Below, piece after piece: positions 1 through 7,392 of a stretch of DNA of 46,807 bases. Numbering within the stretch: the first letter of the stretch is position 1; the number at the start of each line of letters is the position of its first letter. The notes below the pieces were generated by a model, which was not told where the DNA came from, did no database searches, and saw nothing but the letters and a program-made list of their open reading frames with translations. The translations under genes and the position numbers were made by a program. Source of the DNA: a virus. The stretch is from positions 1-46,807 of IMG/VR virus record IMGVR_UViG_3300013022_000001; one strand, written 5' to 3'.

Positions 1-123
1 AGAAAAAATACCGCGTGACGCACTCCGGGCTTAACATCCTGGAAAAAGGAGTGATGCGCCAGCTTGAGGTTGGCGAAGAATTCACTCATGACGATCTGCC
101 TGATTTCTGGCAATCAAAAGTCG
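1..123. repeat. Terminal overlap copy A, identical to 46685-46807 (circular closure or terminal redundancy)
   Basis: Both ends were compared base by base. agaaaaaataccgcgtgacg...ctggcaatcaaaagtcg occurs at both ends, 123/123 identical. Confidence 0.95.
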
Positions 124-203
124 CTGAAGTTAATGCTGATGGCGACAAAGAGTTCGAAGTTGCCACTCCGAAAGAAAAGACAGCACCAAAGACCAAATCT
201 TAA
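1..203 (+). CDS. 3' part of a 69-aa Lys/Glu-rich protein whose ATG is at 46678; the gene spans the circular junction
   Basis: ORF 15..203 stays open upstream to base 3. The same frame starts at ATG 46678 after GGAG. It lies directly downstream of the major capsid gene. Confidence 0.6.
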   Translation, partial: KKYRVTHSGLNILEKGVMRQLEVGEEFTHDDLPDFWQSKVAEVNADGDKEFEVATPKEKTAPKTKS

Positions 204-231
204 TGCGCTGAGTAGCATTTTGAAATATATT

Positions 232-256
232 AAACCCGCTAATGCGGGTTTTTTAT
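232..256 (+). terminator. Rho-independent terminator
   Basis: Stem aaacccgc / gcgggttt with loop taat, followed by a T-run (249-255). Confidence 0.75.
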
Positions 257-277
257 TACCCATCAACAGGGGGCTAC

Positions 278-649
278 ATGGCACAGCGATATAACGTTCT
301 CACAAACGGCACGACAGGCTCTAACCGCCTTCCGGTAACATTACCAGATGTCAGTTATACATCTCCACTTATGGGGGCTGACTCTGACCGGGTTGATGCT
401 TACATTGAATTCTTTGATACTGCGGGCAATCCGGTAACGCCAACTGCTGGCCAGATATTTGTTTACGGCCTGCCTGTTGCACTAAACTGGCTTCCGGCTG
501 TTGGCTCTCCCGTCAATGCCACGCTCGTTACTGCTGGTATCAGTAGCTACACGCCACCCATGATGGACGGGCTATGCACACAGGCGCGCGTGCGCTTTGT
601 TGGCATTCAGGGCGCAACTACTGCATCAGTCGTCGTTTATAAGAGGTAA
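278..649 (+). CDS. Hypothetical virion-module protein, 123 aa
   Basis: Inner ATG of ORF 242..649, preceded by acaggggg. The ATG at 242 lies inside the terminator. Confidence 0.6.
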   Translation: MAQRYNVLTNGTTGSNRLPVTLPDVSYTSPLMGADSDRVDAYIEFFDTAGNPVTPTAGQIFVYGLPVALNWLPAVGSPVNATLVTAGISSYTPPMMDGLCTQARVRFVGIQGATTASVVVYKR

Positions 650-654
650 TTAAC

Positions 655-2502
655 ATGCCATATCCAAACAGAAGGGGCGGCGGTCAACCAGGCGCAGACG
701 GCAGGCCAGTGGAGTTACAGCAGGGGAGCGGCTACATTCAGTGGCGGTACCAGGGGGAAATAGCATGGCGCAATCTGATTCCACTAACTGATATTTCAGG
801 TGCTGATGGCAAGCCTGTCAATCTTAGGGTTAATTCAGGATGGATTCAATGGCAACATCAGGATGATACTAGCTGGCAGAATCTGATGAGCACCGCCGAC
901 ATGAAAGGTGACCCAGGACCAGCAAACTCGCTTAGCGTCGGCACAGTGCAGCAGTTGCCATCTGGCAGCGCGCCGCAAATCACGATAACGGGTAACTCAC
1001 CGTCACAGACTATCAATTTTTCAATGCCCGCGCCAAGGGATGGTGTTAATGGCACTAATGCCTCAATGAAAGTCGGTACTGTGTCGGCTCTGCCAGCCGG
1101 AAGTCAGCCAACTGTGCAAATAACAGGCTCAGCGCCAGAGCAGACTATTAATTTTGGCATACCACTTCCATTTAATGGCACTGATGGTAACAACGCGCCA
1201 AATAACGTCATTTCAATCGGAACTGTAGTTCCATTGCCTGCTGGCTCAACCCCAACAGCAAGCATTACAGGTGAATCACCTAATCAGGTGTTAAACCTCG
1301 GGCTGCCCATTCCTATGGCTGGGGTGAATGGCGCCAATAACACTCTCTCAATCGGTAACGTCACAAGCGGCCCTGCGGCTGCGACGATCACCGGCAATTC
1401 ACCAAACCAGACATTAAATTTAACGTTGCCACCTGGTGCCAACGGCACTGGCATTACTTCACAGTCAGTGACCTATCAGGCCAGTAATTCGGGAGCAACA
1501 ATACCATCAGGCACATGGCTGACAACCATGCCAGCAGTGGCAAAAGGCGGATACCTCTGGACAAGGACTGTCACGACACTGAGTGACAATACCTCTTCGA
1601 CTGCATATACGAGCGCCTACCAGGGGCAGGACGGATTGACGGGCAGTAATGGCAATGGCGTGGCATCACAGTCTGTCACTTACCAGGCTTCATCTTCCGG
1701 GACGGCAACGCCTGCGGGGACCTGGCTGACGACAATCCCGTCTGTTGCTAAGGGTCAGTATCTGTGGACACGCGTCACTCAGACAATGAACGATGCATCC
1801 AGCCTGACCTATCACTCTGTATCATATCAGGGCCTGGACGGCGCTGCTGGTAGCAATGGTTCAAACGGCACCAATGGAACAAATGGTAACGGCATTGCCT
1901 CACAGAGCATTACTTACCAGCAGTCATCATCGGGTATAACTCCACCAACTGGTGTTTGGACAAGCACTATTCCTTCAGTTTCCAAAGGCACATATCTGTG
2001 GACGAGAATATTACTGACATTCACTGATGGGAGCACTTCAACTGCTTATGCTGTAGCTTATCAGGCTACGGATGGCTTGCCGGGTTCCAACGGAACTAAT
2101 GGCACGAATGGCACGAATGGAGCAAACTATTCGCCGCAAGCTATGGCTTCACGTACAGTTGCCGTTGCCACTGCATATCAACACAGCGACCTGACCAAGC
2201 CGTTTAAAATAATGCTCAACGCCAGGTCAACGCAGACCGTCACCGTAGCTGGAACTGTCAATGACAGGGTTGAGTTACGCGTTGGCCCAAGCGCTGCGTC
2301 AGTTGCCCCTGGTGGAAGCGGTGGATTCTCTGTTGGAGTATGGGAGTCTGGAATGGTTGGAATATCACTGATGATTGGCGCGGCAGTACAGGATGGTGGC
2401 CAGTTAACCGCTGACGTTCCGGCTGGCTGGTACTTCCAGATAAACAGGCTTTCAGGAACAAATGCCACGATTGTAAGCTGCTTCACACAATCCATGACCT
2501 AA
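655..2502 (+). CDS. Modular repeat-rich fibre/decoration-like structural protein, 615 aa
   Basis: RBS aagagg at 641-646. It has 2 N-terminal G-A-D-G...IQW repeats. Four ~40-aa repeats follow (VGTV..LP.GS.P...ITG.SP.QT.N), then three ~70-aa repeats (SQSVTYQ...G.YLWTR...YQG.DG) joined by (NGT/SNG)n linkers. The C-terminus is a unique ~140-aa domain. Confidence 0.8.
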   Translation: MPYPNRRGGGQPGADGRPVELQQGSGYIQWRYQGEIAWRNLIPLTDISGADGKPVNLRVNSGWIQWQHQDDTSWQNLMSTADMKGDPGPANSLSVGTVQQLPSGSAPQITITGNSPSQTINFSMPAPRDGVNGTNASMKVGTVSALPAGSQPTVQITGSAPEQTINFGIPLPFNGTDGNNAPNNVISIGTVVPLPAGSTPTASITGESPNQVLNLGLPIPMAGVNGANNTLSIGNVTSGPAAATITGNSPNQTLNLTLPPGANGTGITSQSVTYQASNSGATIPSGTWLTTMPAVAKGGYLWTRTVTTLSDNTSSTAYTSAYQGQDGLTGSNGNGVASQSVTYQASSSGTATPAGTWLTTIPSVAKGQYLWTRVTQTMNDASSLTYHSVSYQGLDGAAGSNGSNGTNGTNGNGIASQSITYQQSSSGITPPTGVWTSTIPSVSKGTYLWTRILLTFTDGSTSTAYAVAYQATDGLPGSNGTNGTNGTNGANYSPQAMASRTVAVATAYQHSDLTKPFKIMLNARSTQTVTVAGTVNDRVELRVGPSAASVAPGGSGGFSVGVWESGMVGISLMIGAAVQDGGQLTADVPAGWYFQINRLSGTNATIVSCFTQSMT

Positions 2503-2507
2503 TAAAA

Positions 2508-2532
2508 AGCCCCGATTAAGGGGCTTTGTTTT
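2508..2532. terminator. Bidirectional terminator between convergent genes
   Basis: Stem agcccc / ggggct with loop gattaa. A T-run lies downstream and an A-run upstream. Confidence 0.7.
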
Positions 2533-3097
2533 AATTTTCTAATTTGATTCCTGGTATTTTGTTTATCTCAATTGCTTCAATAATTCGCTCGGCCAACAGT
2601 TTATATGACTCAGCGCCTTTTGGGTTTCCATAGAAGTAAATTATGGTTTCTGTAATATCATCAATAGTAGATTGACGCTTGCGCTCTGCTTCGGTGCGGA
2701 TTGGGCGGAAATATTTAGCTGAGCATACGCTAACTGTTTTATCTGTTTGGAAAACCGCACAATCAATACCTCTGAAAATTGTGTGATTAAGTATCTTGCA
2801 TTTATAAAAATTATCATCCCTTATCTCACCCTTCACCATGCACTCACATCCAACCGGTGGCAACCCTTCACCATCCCATTCAGGCTGCTTTGATGCTGCC
2901 AGGGCGGATTCATATTCCTCGCGAGTTACAACTCCATCCTTCCAATCGCATGTCTTAGGGAATATCTTGCCATCAAAAAGGTACTCAAATCGCGAACCGA
3001 ATAATTTACCCATCCCAGACATTTCAATTTTCTCGCAGTCACTTGGCCAGCCACCAAGCTTCGGCAATTCCTGCGCTAACAGCTCAAGCAATTTCAT
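2531..3097 (-). CDS. Hypothetical protein, 188 aa (antisense island 1)
   Basis: ORF 2531..3109. The inner ATG at 3097 follows tggaga; the outer start is GTG. Confidence 0.7.
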   Translation of the reverse strand: MKLLELLAQELPKLGGWPSDCEKIEMSGMGKLFGSRFEYLFDGKIFPKTCDWKDGVVTREEYESALAASKQPEWDGEGLPPVGCECMVKGEIRDDNFYKCKILNHTIFRGIDCAVFQTDKTVSVCSAKYFRPIRTEAERKRQSTIDDITETIIYFYGNPKGAESYKLLAERIIEAIEINKIPGIKLEN

Positions 3098-3135
3098 TTT
3101 GTTCTCCACATTTATAATTAATATCTACGACACTA

Positions 3136-3164
3136 AATCTACTGCATCACCAGCATGCTGTCAA
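3136..3164 (-). promoter_or_regulatory. Sigma70-like promoter TTGACA-17-TAGATT for the 2531-3097 gene
   Basis: The reverse complement reads ttgaca gcatgctggtgatgcag tagatt. A TGTCGTAGAT box (3123-3132) lies just downstream. Confidence 0.6.
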
Positions 3165-3168
3165 CATG

Positions 3169-3177
3169 TGATACAAT
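3169..3177 (+). promoter_or_regulatory. Extended -10 promoter TGaTACAAT
   Basis: tgatacaatc at 3169-3178. The same 10-mer recurs at 35319, 43653 and 41255-41264 (minus strand). Confidence 0.5.
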
Positions 3178-3197
3178 CTCAGCACCAATATAAAGAG

Positions 3198-3210
3198 GAT
3201 TTAATTAAAT
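3198..3210. repeat. GATTTAATTAAAT element, copy 1 (exact)
   Basis: Forms the spacer between RBS aagagg and ATG 3209. Confidence 0.9.
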
Positions 3211-3307
3211 GGCACAGTCAAAACCGGCAGCACCAAAACCAAAACAGGGCGGCTCCGCAGTCAAACCAAATGGCAGCTCACGTTCTCCTGGTCGCGGTAA
3301 GCGCTGA
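3209..3307 (+). CDS. Small basic peptide, 32 aa (MAQSKPAAPKPKQGG...GRGKR)
   Basis: Good RBS aagagga 9 nt upstream. The stop TGA is 1 nt before the next ATG. Not in the ORF track because it is under 60 aa. Confidence 0.4.
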   Translation: MAQSKPAAPKPKQGGSAVKPNGSSRSPGRGKR

Positions 3308-3308
3308 T

Positions 3309-3803
3309 ATGGCAGCCAGCCTCGACATCATTGTGGCACTGATGTATTTAGGTGCTGTCATTTACACGCGGCGACTGGCGTTTGCCATGTTCCTTCCCGC
3401 GCTGTTTATGTCCGATGTCCTGGCTGGCGCAATCATTGATTACCTGACCAATACACCATCAAGCCCGGAGTTTATTTATTTCCTGGCGCAAAGCATGATT
3501 TGGCTTATTCCGCCTTTGCTTTTGCGTAAGTCGCCACAACTGGCGCTGTGTTCACTATCAATGTGTATTTATGAATGGCTCGTTGCGGTGGAGTCTTTTA
3601 CCTGGCAGTACATCACGCCTGTTGAAACTCCACTACACTCTGAGTATGCATTCTTAGTGGTCGCCATCCATCTCTTCAACCTTTCGTGCGCGACTAAATG
3701 GGGTGGCGAAATTGGACATATTAATTGGGGTCGCAGCACTGGCCTACGGGCTCTGGCAGATTTACAAGTGCTGGCGATACATCATCAGCGAGGTGAGAAA
3801 TGA
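3309..3803 (+). CDS. Multi-pass membrane protein, 164 aa
   Basis: In-frame ATG (M158) of ORF 2838..3803. The upstream part of that ORF is the antisense shadow of 2531-3097. Several hydrophobic helices. Confidence 0.65.
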   Translation: MAASLDIIVALMYLGAVIYTRRLAFAMFLPALFMSDVLAGAIIDYLTNTPSSPEFIYFLAQSMIWLIPPLLLRKSPQLALCSLSMCIYEWLVAVESFTWQYITPVETPLHSEYAFLVVAIHLFNLSCATKWGGEIGHINWGRSTGLRALADLQVLAIHHQRGEK

Positions 3804-4084
3804 ACGAAGGATTTCGACAGGCCGCAGAGCAGGTGATCAACGGAACGGCGGGCCAGATAATCGATAAGGCTGGCTACGCTTCTATTGGGACCGGTTTAGG
3901 ACTTAAGGCAGCCGAACAGGAAAAGATTATCACACAGGTGGCAGGCTTTATGGACCTTACTATAACTGAATGGGCAGCAGTAGCATCAATCGCTGGTGCC
4001 ATTTCACTTGTGGTGAAGAACATTTTCGAAATGTGGTGGAAAGCCCGTATGGAGAAGAAATATGGCCGCCCCAACGACCGATGA
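3800..4084 (+). CDS. Hypothetical protein with one TM segment, 94 aa
   Basis: ATGA start/stop overlap with the previous gene. RBS gaggtgag. Confidence 0.65.
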   Translation: MNEGFRQAAEQVINGTAGQIIDKAGYASIGTGLGLKAAEQEKIITQVAGFMDLTITEWAAVASIAGAISLVVKNIFEMWWKARMEKKYGRPNDR

Positions 4085-4460
4085 GTTAATTGCTGCGCTG
4101 GCATCGCGTGGCGTGTCATTCAGCCTGATTGAGGCCACTGGCATTCTGTGTCTACTGGATTCAATCACTGAATGCCTGGAGCTGAATTACCCTGGTGATG
4201 AGTGCCGACAGAGTGCAATCCTACTTTATGCAGCTTTGCTTCTTTCCACATCGACCTCAGGCCGCTATGTCACAAGTCAGTCAGCACCATCGGGTGCAAG
4301 CCAGTCATTCGCTTATGGCACCAAGCCATGGTCAACTCTCTACAACCAGATGCGCCTGCTTGACCCTGCGGGATGCGCGGGTGATTTGGTTGCTGACCCT
4401 AACGAGAGCGCCAAGCCATTCTTCAAGGTGGTTACTGGCTCACGGAGGTGCTTCAATTGA
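4062..4460 (+). CDS. Putative head-tail connector/adaptor protein, 132 aa
   Basis: Position in the head-tail joining block; overlaps its neighbours. The function is assigned from position only. Confidence 0.45.
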   Translation: MAAPTTDELIAALASRGVSFSLIEATGILCLLDSITECLELNYPGDECRQSAILLYAALLLSTSTSGRYVTSQSAPSGASQSFAYGTKPWSTLYNQMRLLDPAGCAGDLVADPNESAKPFFKVVTGSRRCFN

Positions 4461-4813
4461 CCTCGCTAGCTAATTGGAGTTATACACAGTCAGCTACCGT
4501 ATGGCATCGACAGGAGCCAGATGAGGATGACCCGATGGCGGTTGATGGTGGATTCTCTGCACCAGTAGCAATCATGTGCGACTATGGATTTAACGGCAAG
4601 GTCATTACCGACCAGTCAGGCAATGAAATCGTCGCCAAAGACACCTACTGGACTGAATACATCGGCATTAAAGAGCACGACTACATCGTCCTTGGTGTGT
4701 CTTCCGAGACTAACCCGCTGGATGCTGGCGCGCAGGAAGTGCTGAACGTGATTAACTATGGCAACGTGTTCGACCGCACCGAGCCGCCTGACTTTGCAAT
4801 TCTGACGGGGTAG
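4448..4813 (+). CDS. Putative head-tail joining protein, about 118-121 aa
   Basis: ORF track. The start is uncertain: GTG 4448 abuts GGAGG, while TTG 4457 has 8-nt spacing and a TTGA overlap with the upstream stop. Confidence 0.55.
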   Translation: MLQLTSLANWSYTQSATVWHRQEPDEDDPMAVDGGFSAPVAIMCDYGFNGKVITDQSGNEIVAKDTYWTEYIGIKEHDYIVLGVSSETNPLDAGAQEVLNVINYGNVFDRTEPPDFAILTG

Positions 4814-4815
4814 TG

Positions 4816-5214
4816 ATGGCTGGTAAACTGATGGGCCTGAAGCAGGCGCAGCAAAACCTGAATAAGATTGTCGATGAGATTTCTTCTCAGAAGATTGTGG
4901 CCGCGCTGACCAGTGCAAGCATCATCATTGCTACTGAAGCAGCCAGCATGACGCCTATTGACACCAGTACCCTGATTAACAGTCAGTACCGAGCCATTGA
5001 CGTGAATGGCACTCGTGTTACCGGTCGTATTGGCTACTCTGCCAATTACGCGCTGTACGTGCATAGCGCCAGCGGCAAGCTGAAAGGCCAGCCGCGTGCA
5101 AATGGTAATGGAGCGTATTGGGGTCCAAATGGTGAGAGCAAGTTCCTAGACAAGGCTGTCGAAAACACCAGGCAATCAGTTTACAGCGCAATAATGCGAG
5201 AGATGAAAATTTAA
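4816..5214 (+). CDS. HK97 gp10-like head-tail joining / tail completion protein
   Basis: ATG one codon inside ORF 4813..5214. Size, position and the motif GRIGYSANYALYVH resemble the gp10 family, from memory. Confidence 0.5.
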   Translation: MAGKLMGLKQAQQNLNKIVDEISSQKIVAALTSASIIIATEAASMTPIDTSTLINSQYRAIDVNGTRVTGRIGYSANYALYVHSASGKLKGQPRANGNGAYWGPNGESKFLDKAVENTRQSVYSAIMREMKI

Positions 5215-5702
5215 CCAGGATTCCAGAACTCTCCAAAAAGCTCCTTAGCCTTTTCGCAGTAAGCTTTGTGCGCCTCCTCTTTTGATGTGAACCTTCCGAT
5301 TTTCATTTTGATTCCATTTAATTTAATTTCTGCACGCCAGCGACCTGACCATGAGTCAAAGTGAACGCCTTTTACTCCAGATGTGTTTGACAGCCCCTTC
5401 TTTTTATTCATTTGGTTCTGGCTGATTGTTGCAGCGCGTAAATTGCAAATTCTGTTGTCACATCTATCTCCATTGATGTGATCTATAAATTCAGGTGGGT
5501 TTTCTTTGTAAAAAATGAACCACGCAACCCTGTGGGCAGGGACCCTGCGCTTGCCAAGAGTTATGTATCCAGAGTCTTTAATGTAGCTAGCTTTATCACC
5601 AGGCTTTACCTTTCCACAACCAATAAGCCAGAAAAAGTTACCTGTATCTGGCTCATATCTCAATCTTGATGATAGTCTTTTGTATTCGCATGCATTATTC
5701 AT
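5211..5702 (-). CDS. HNH homing endonuclease with C-terminal AP2 DNA-binding domain
   Basis: HNH_3-type motif DHINGDRCDNRICNLRAATISQN. AP2-like segment GVKGVHFDSWSGRWRAEIKLNGIKMKIGRFTSKEEAHKAY. Confidence 0.85.
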   Translation of the reverse strand: MNNACEYKRLSSRLRYEPDTGNFFWLIGCGKVKPGDKASYIKDSGYITLGKRRVPAHRVAWFIFYKENPPEFIDHINGDRCDNRICNLRAATISQNQMNKKKGLSNTSGVKGVHFDSWSGRWRAEIKLNGIKMKIGRFTSKEEAHKAYCEKAKELFGEFWNPG

Positions 5703-6007
5703 TTAATATTGATCCGCATTGATACTGGCGTTGAATCACAAACCTCCAGGATTGCATTGAGAGAAAAACCCAATGAAAATAGGTGTTTTAATATTTTCTC
5801 TATTGAAACACCTGATATCTGTCCGTTTTTTACTCTGCTTATTTCTGATTCTGAGCAGCCAAGTTTTGATGACCACTCCTTTTGGGTTAAGCCTGATCTT
5901 CTTAACCTATCAGTCAGCAGAATCACCAACTTGCTTTTAATGGCTGCAACTTCAGCATCTGGACCTTTGCCATAGATAACTTCGAATGGGTTTTTGACAG
6001 TATTCAT
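5699..6007 (-). CDS. XRE-family helix-turn-helix protein (HigA-antitoxin-like), 102 aa
   Basis: Motif GLTQKEWSSKLGCSESEISRVKNGQ. It overlaps the HNH gene by 4 nt. Confidence 0.7.
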   Translation of the reverse strand: MNTVKNPFEVIYGKGPDAEVAAIKSKLVILLTDRLRRSGLTQKEWSSKLGCSESEISRVKNGQISGVSIEKILKHLFSLGFSLNAILEVCDSTPVSMRINIK

Positions 6008-6034
6008 ATCACATCCTCATTTTTCAATTTGCAA

Positions 6035-6063
6035 ATTATGCAATAATGTTTTAACCAAGTCAA
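6035..6063 (-). promoter_or_regulatory. Promoter TTGACT-17-CATAAT for the HTH-HNH cassette
   Basis: The reverse complement reads ttgact tggttaaaacattattg cataat, followed by RBS gagga and ATG 6007. Confidence 0.6.
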
Positions 6064-6068
6064 ACATG

Positions 6069-6074
6069 TATAAT
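6069..6074 (+). promoter_or_regulatory. Perfect -10 TATAAT that restarts plus-strand transcription after the cassette
   Basis: catgTATAATcaacg lies 23 nt before ATG 6097. The -35 region is weak. Confidence 0.45.
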
Positions 6075-6096
6075 CAACGAAACACGAGGAGTTGCT

Positions 6097-6480
6097 ATGA
6101 TTGACATGACAGAGCGCGTGACTGCGTACCTTAAAGATGCAGGCATGACTGATGGCTATAAGGTTCAGGAGATGTTCTGGCGCGACACCGGGAAGGCTAC
6201 AGATAAGTTCATTGTTATTCAGCCAGCTGGCGGCACATCTGTAACCGATGACTTGTCCAACGATTATTTCGCTACAGTGTGGGTTGTTGGCGTCCAGGGC
6301 GGAACCGACCTGAAGGATATTGTGACGCGCGGACGCGAAATCATGCAGTACGTGAAAGACCATGCGGTTGATTCATGCCTGGGGTATGTACGCCTGCTTA
6401 ATCCACTCCAGACGCCGATGCAGACCGAAGAGAAGCGGGTTGCAATCCAGATTTCACTGCTCATCCGGTACGGAGAATAA
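6097..6480 (+). CDS. Putative tail completion/terminator-like protein, 127 aa
   Basis: RBS cgaggag. It is the last gene before the major tail gene. The function is assigned from position. Confidence 0.5.
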   Translation: MIDMTERVTAYLKDAGMTDGYKVQEMFWRDTGKATDKFIVIQPAGGTSVTDDLSNDYFATVWVVGVQGGTDLKDIVTRGREIMQYVKDHAVDSCLGYVRLLNPLQTPMQTEEKRVAIQISLLIRYGE

Positions 6481-6501
6481 AAAAATGCCGCACTGGGCGG
6501 C
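6479..6501 (-). terminator. Intrinsic terminator that works only in the minus direction
   Basis: The minus strand reads gccgc ccagt gcggc then a-TTTTTTT. The plus-strand orientation has no T-run after the hairpin. Confidence 0.55.
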
Positions 6502-6808
6502 TAAAGGGTGGTGGTGCAGGGATGATTTGGTTGTGGTGGCCGGTACTGAAATCCGGCATTAGGTGCCAATCTATATTTTTAGGCTATTATGTACACGTTT
6601 AGCGGCGATCAACCCGGGCGCTTATCTCATATATATCGCATCAGCCTGCGCATTCATCACAACGGAAATAACACTGTTCACCTGATTTAACTATGCTCAT
6701 CATTAAATCAGCAATGCTATTGCCTGTTGTATCCTCGTCTTTCCGAGGCGTCAAACCGAATAGCCATGATGGTTAATCACCCTCACAGTCGGTCACTTAA
6801 CTGCGGCT
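6484..6808 (-). ncRNA. Candidate ~320-nt structured non-coding or leader transcript
   Basis: Bounded by promoter 6815-6843 (minus) and terminator 6479-6501 (minus). It contains a 9-bp stem hairpin (ctgatttaa/ttaaatcag, ~6682-6711). Other hairpins are cctcg/cgagg (~6733-6748) and gccgg/ccggc (~6539-6557). Only micro-ORFs of 33 aa or fewer are present, none with a good RBS. Confidence 0.35.
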
Positions 6809-6814
6809 GAAATC

Positions 6815-6843
6815 AATATACTGCGTTTATCTACTTCCGTCAA
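6815..6843 (-). promoter_or_regulatory. Near-consensus promoter TTGACG-17-TATATT that points into a non-coding region
   Basis: The reverse complement reads ttgacg gaagtagataaacgcag tatatt. A GTAGAT box sits in the spacer. Confidence 0.6.
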
Positions 6844-6858
6844 GTCTGTGCATTGCTG

Positions 6859-6867
6859 TGATATAAT
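6859..6867 (+). promoter_or_regulatory. Extended -10 promoter TGaTATAAT for the major tail operon
   Basis: ctgTGaTATAATctc lies 43 nt before ATG 6910. Confidence 0.6.
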
Positions 6868-6909
6868 CTCAGCGCTATAGCACTCACTTTAACGTTAGAG
6901 GATTTGAAT

Positions 6910-7392
6910 ATGGCAATTTGCCCGAATGACACTATTAAGCTGGTTGGCCGAAATGCCACACTTGAGCTTGCAGATGGCTGCCCTGATGTTCTGCCTACCG
7001 AGGCTGAATGGAAGTATGCAGGCGCATTGACCACTAAGGGATTTGATTTTAGCCCAAACACCGTGACGTCTGAAGCTGATGACACCGGAGGCTTCCAGGA
7101 ATCTCTGGTAACCAACTCAGACTTTACCATTAGTGCCGAAGGTGAAGTTCGCACTAATGATAAATCTGATGAGTACGGCTTTGGCCGGATGGTTCTTTAC
7201 TATGCCACTGAGCTGAAAGCACGCCGCCAACCTACTGTGTGGGTTCGCCTGGGTTTTGGCCCGGTCACAATGGTTATGTACGCAACCATTACTGCGCTGA
7301 GCGGCGATGCTGGTACAAACGATATTGTGACCTTCTCTATGGAGCTTCACCCTGCCGCTTCTGAGACTGTAACTATTGAGGAGGCTGCATAA
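6910..7392 (+). CDS. Major tail protein, 160 aa
   Basis: The ATG follows RBS agagga. Size, beta-rich composition and position upstream of the chaperone and tape measure genes support the call. Confidence 0.6.
   Translation: MAICPNDTIKLVGRNATLELADGCPDVLPTEAEWKYAGALTTKGFDFSPNTVTSEADDTGGFQESLVTNSDFTISAEGEVRTNDKSDEYGFGRMVLYYATELKARRQPTVWVRLGFGPVTMVMYATITALSGDAGTNDIVTFSMELHPAASETVTIEEAA

Larger units (their letters stand above)
5211..6063 (-). mobile_element. Self-contained antisense cassette: own promoter, XRE-HTH gene and HNH-AP2 homing-endonuclease gene
   Basis: AT-rich compared with its neighbours. It is inserted between two plus-strand head-tail genes. It has its own TTGACT-17-CATAAT promoter. 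Confidence 0.55.

Noticed and set aside
2838-3308. N-terminal 157 codons of track ORF 2838..3803
   Set aside because: This part is antisense to 2531-3097 and crosses the divergent promoter hub. The real gene starts at the in-frame ATG 3309.
6004-6363. 119-aa minus-strand ORF that could have been a toxin partner upstream of the XRE-HTH gene
   Set aside because: It is the antisense shadow of the well-supported plus-strand gene 6097-6480. It has a Cys/His-rich nonsense composition and no RBS. The cassette promoter at 6035-6063 lies downstream of most of it.
6539-6557. Hairpin gccggtactgaaatccggc considered as a tRNA anticodon arm
   Set aside because: The loop is 9 nt rather than 7. No T-arm (GTTCGAATC-like) or acceptor stem lies nearby. 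No tRNA could be folded anywhere in the window.
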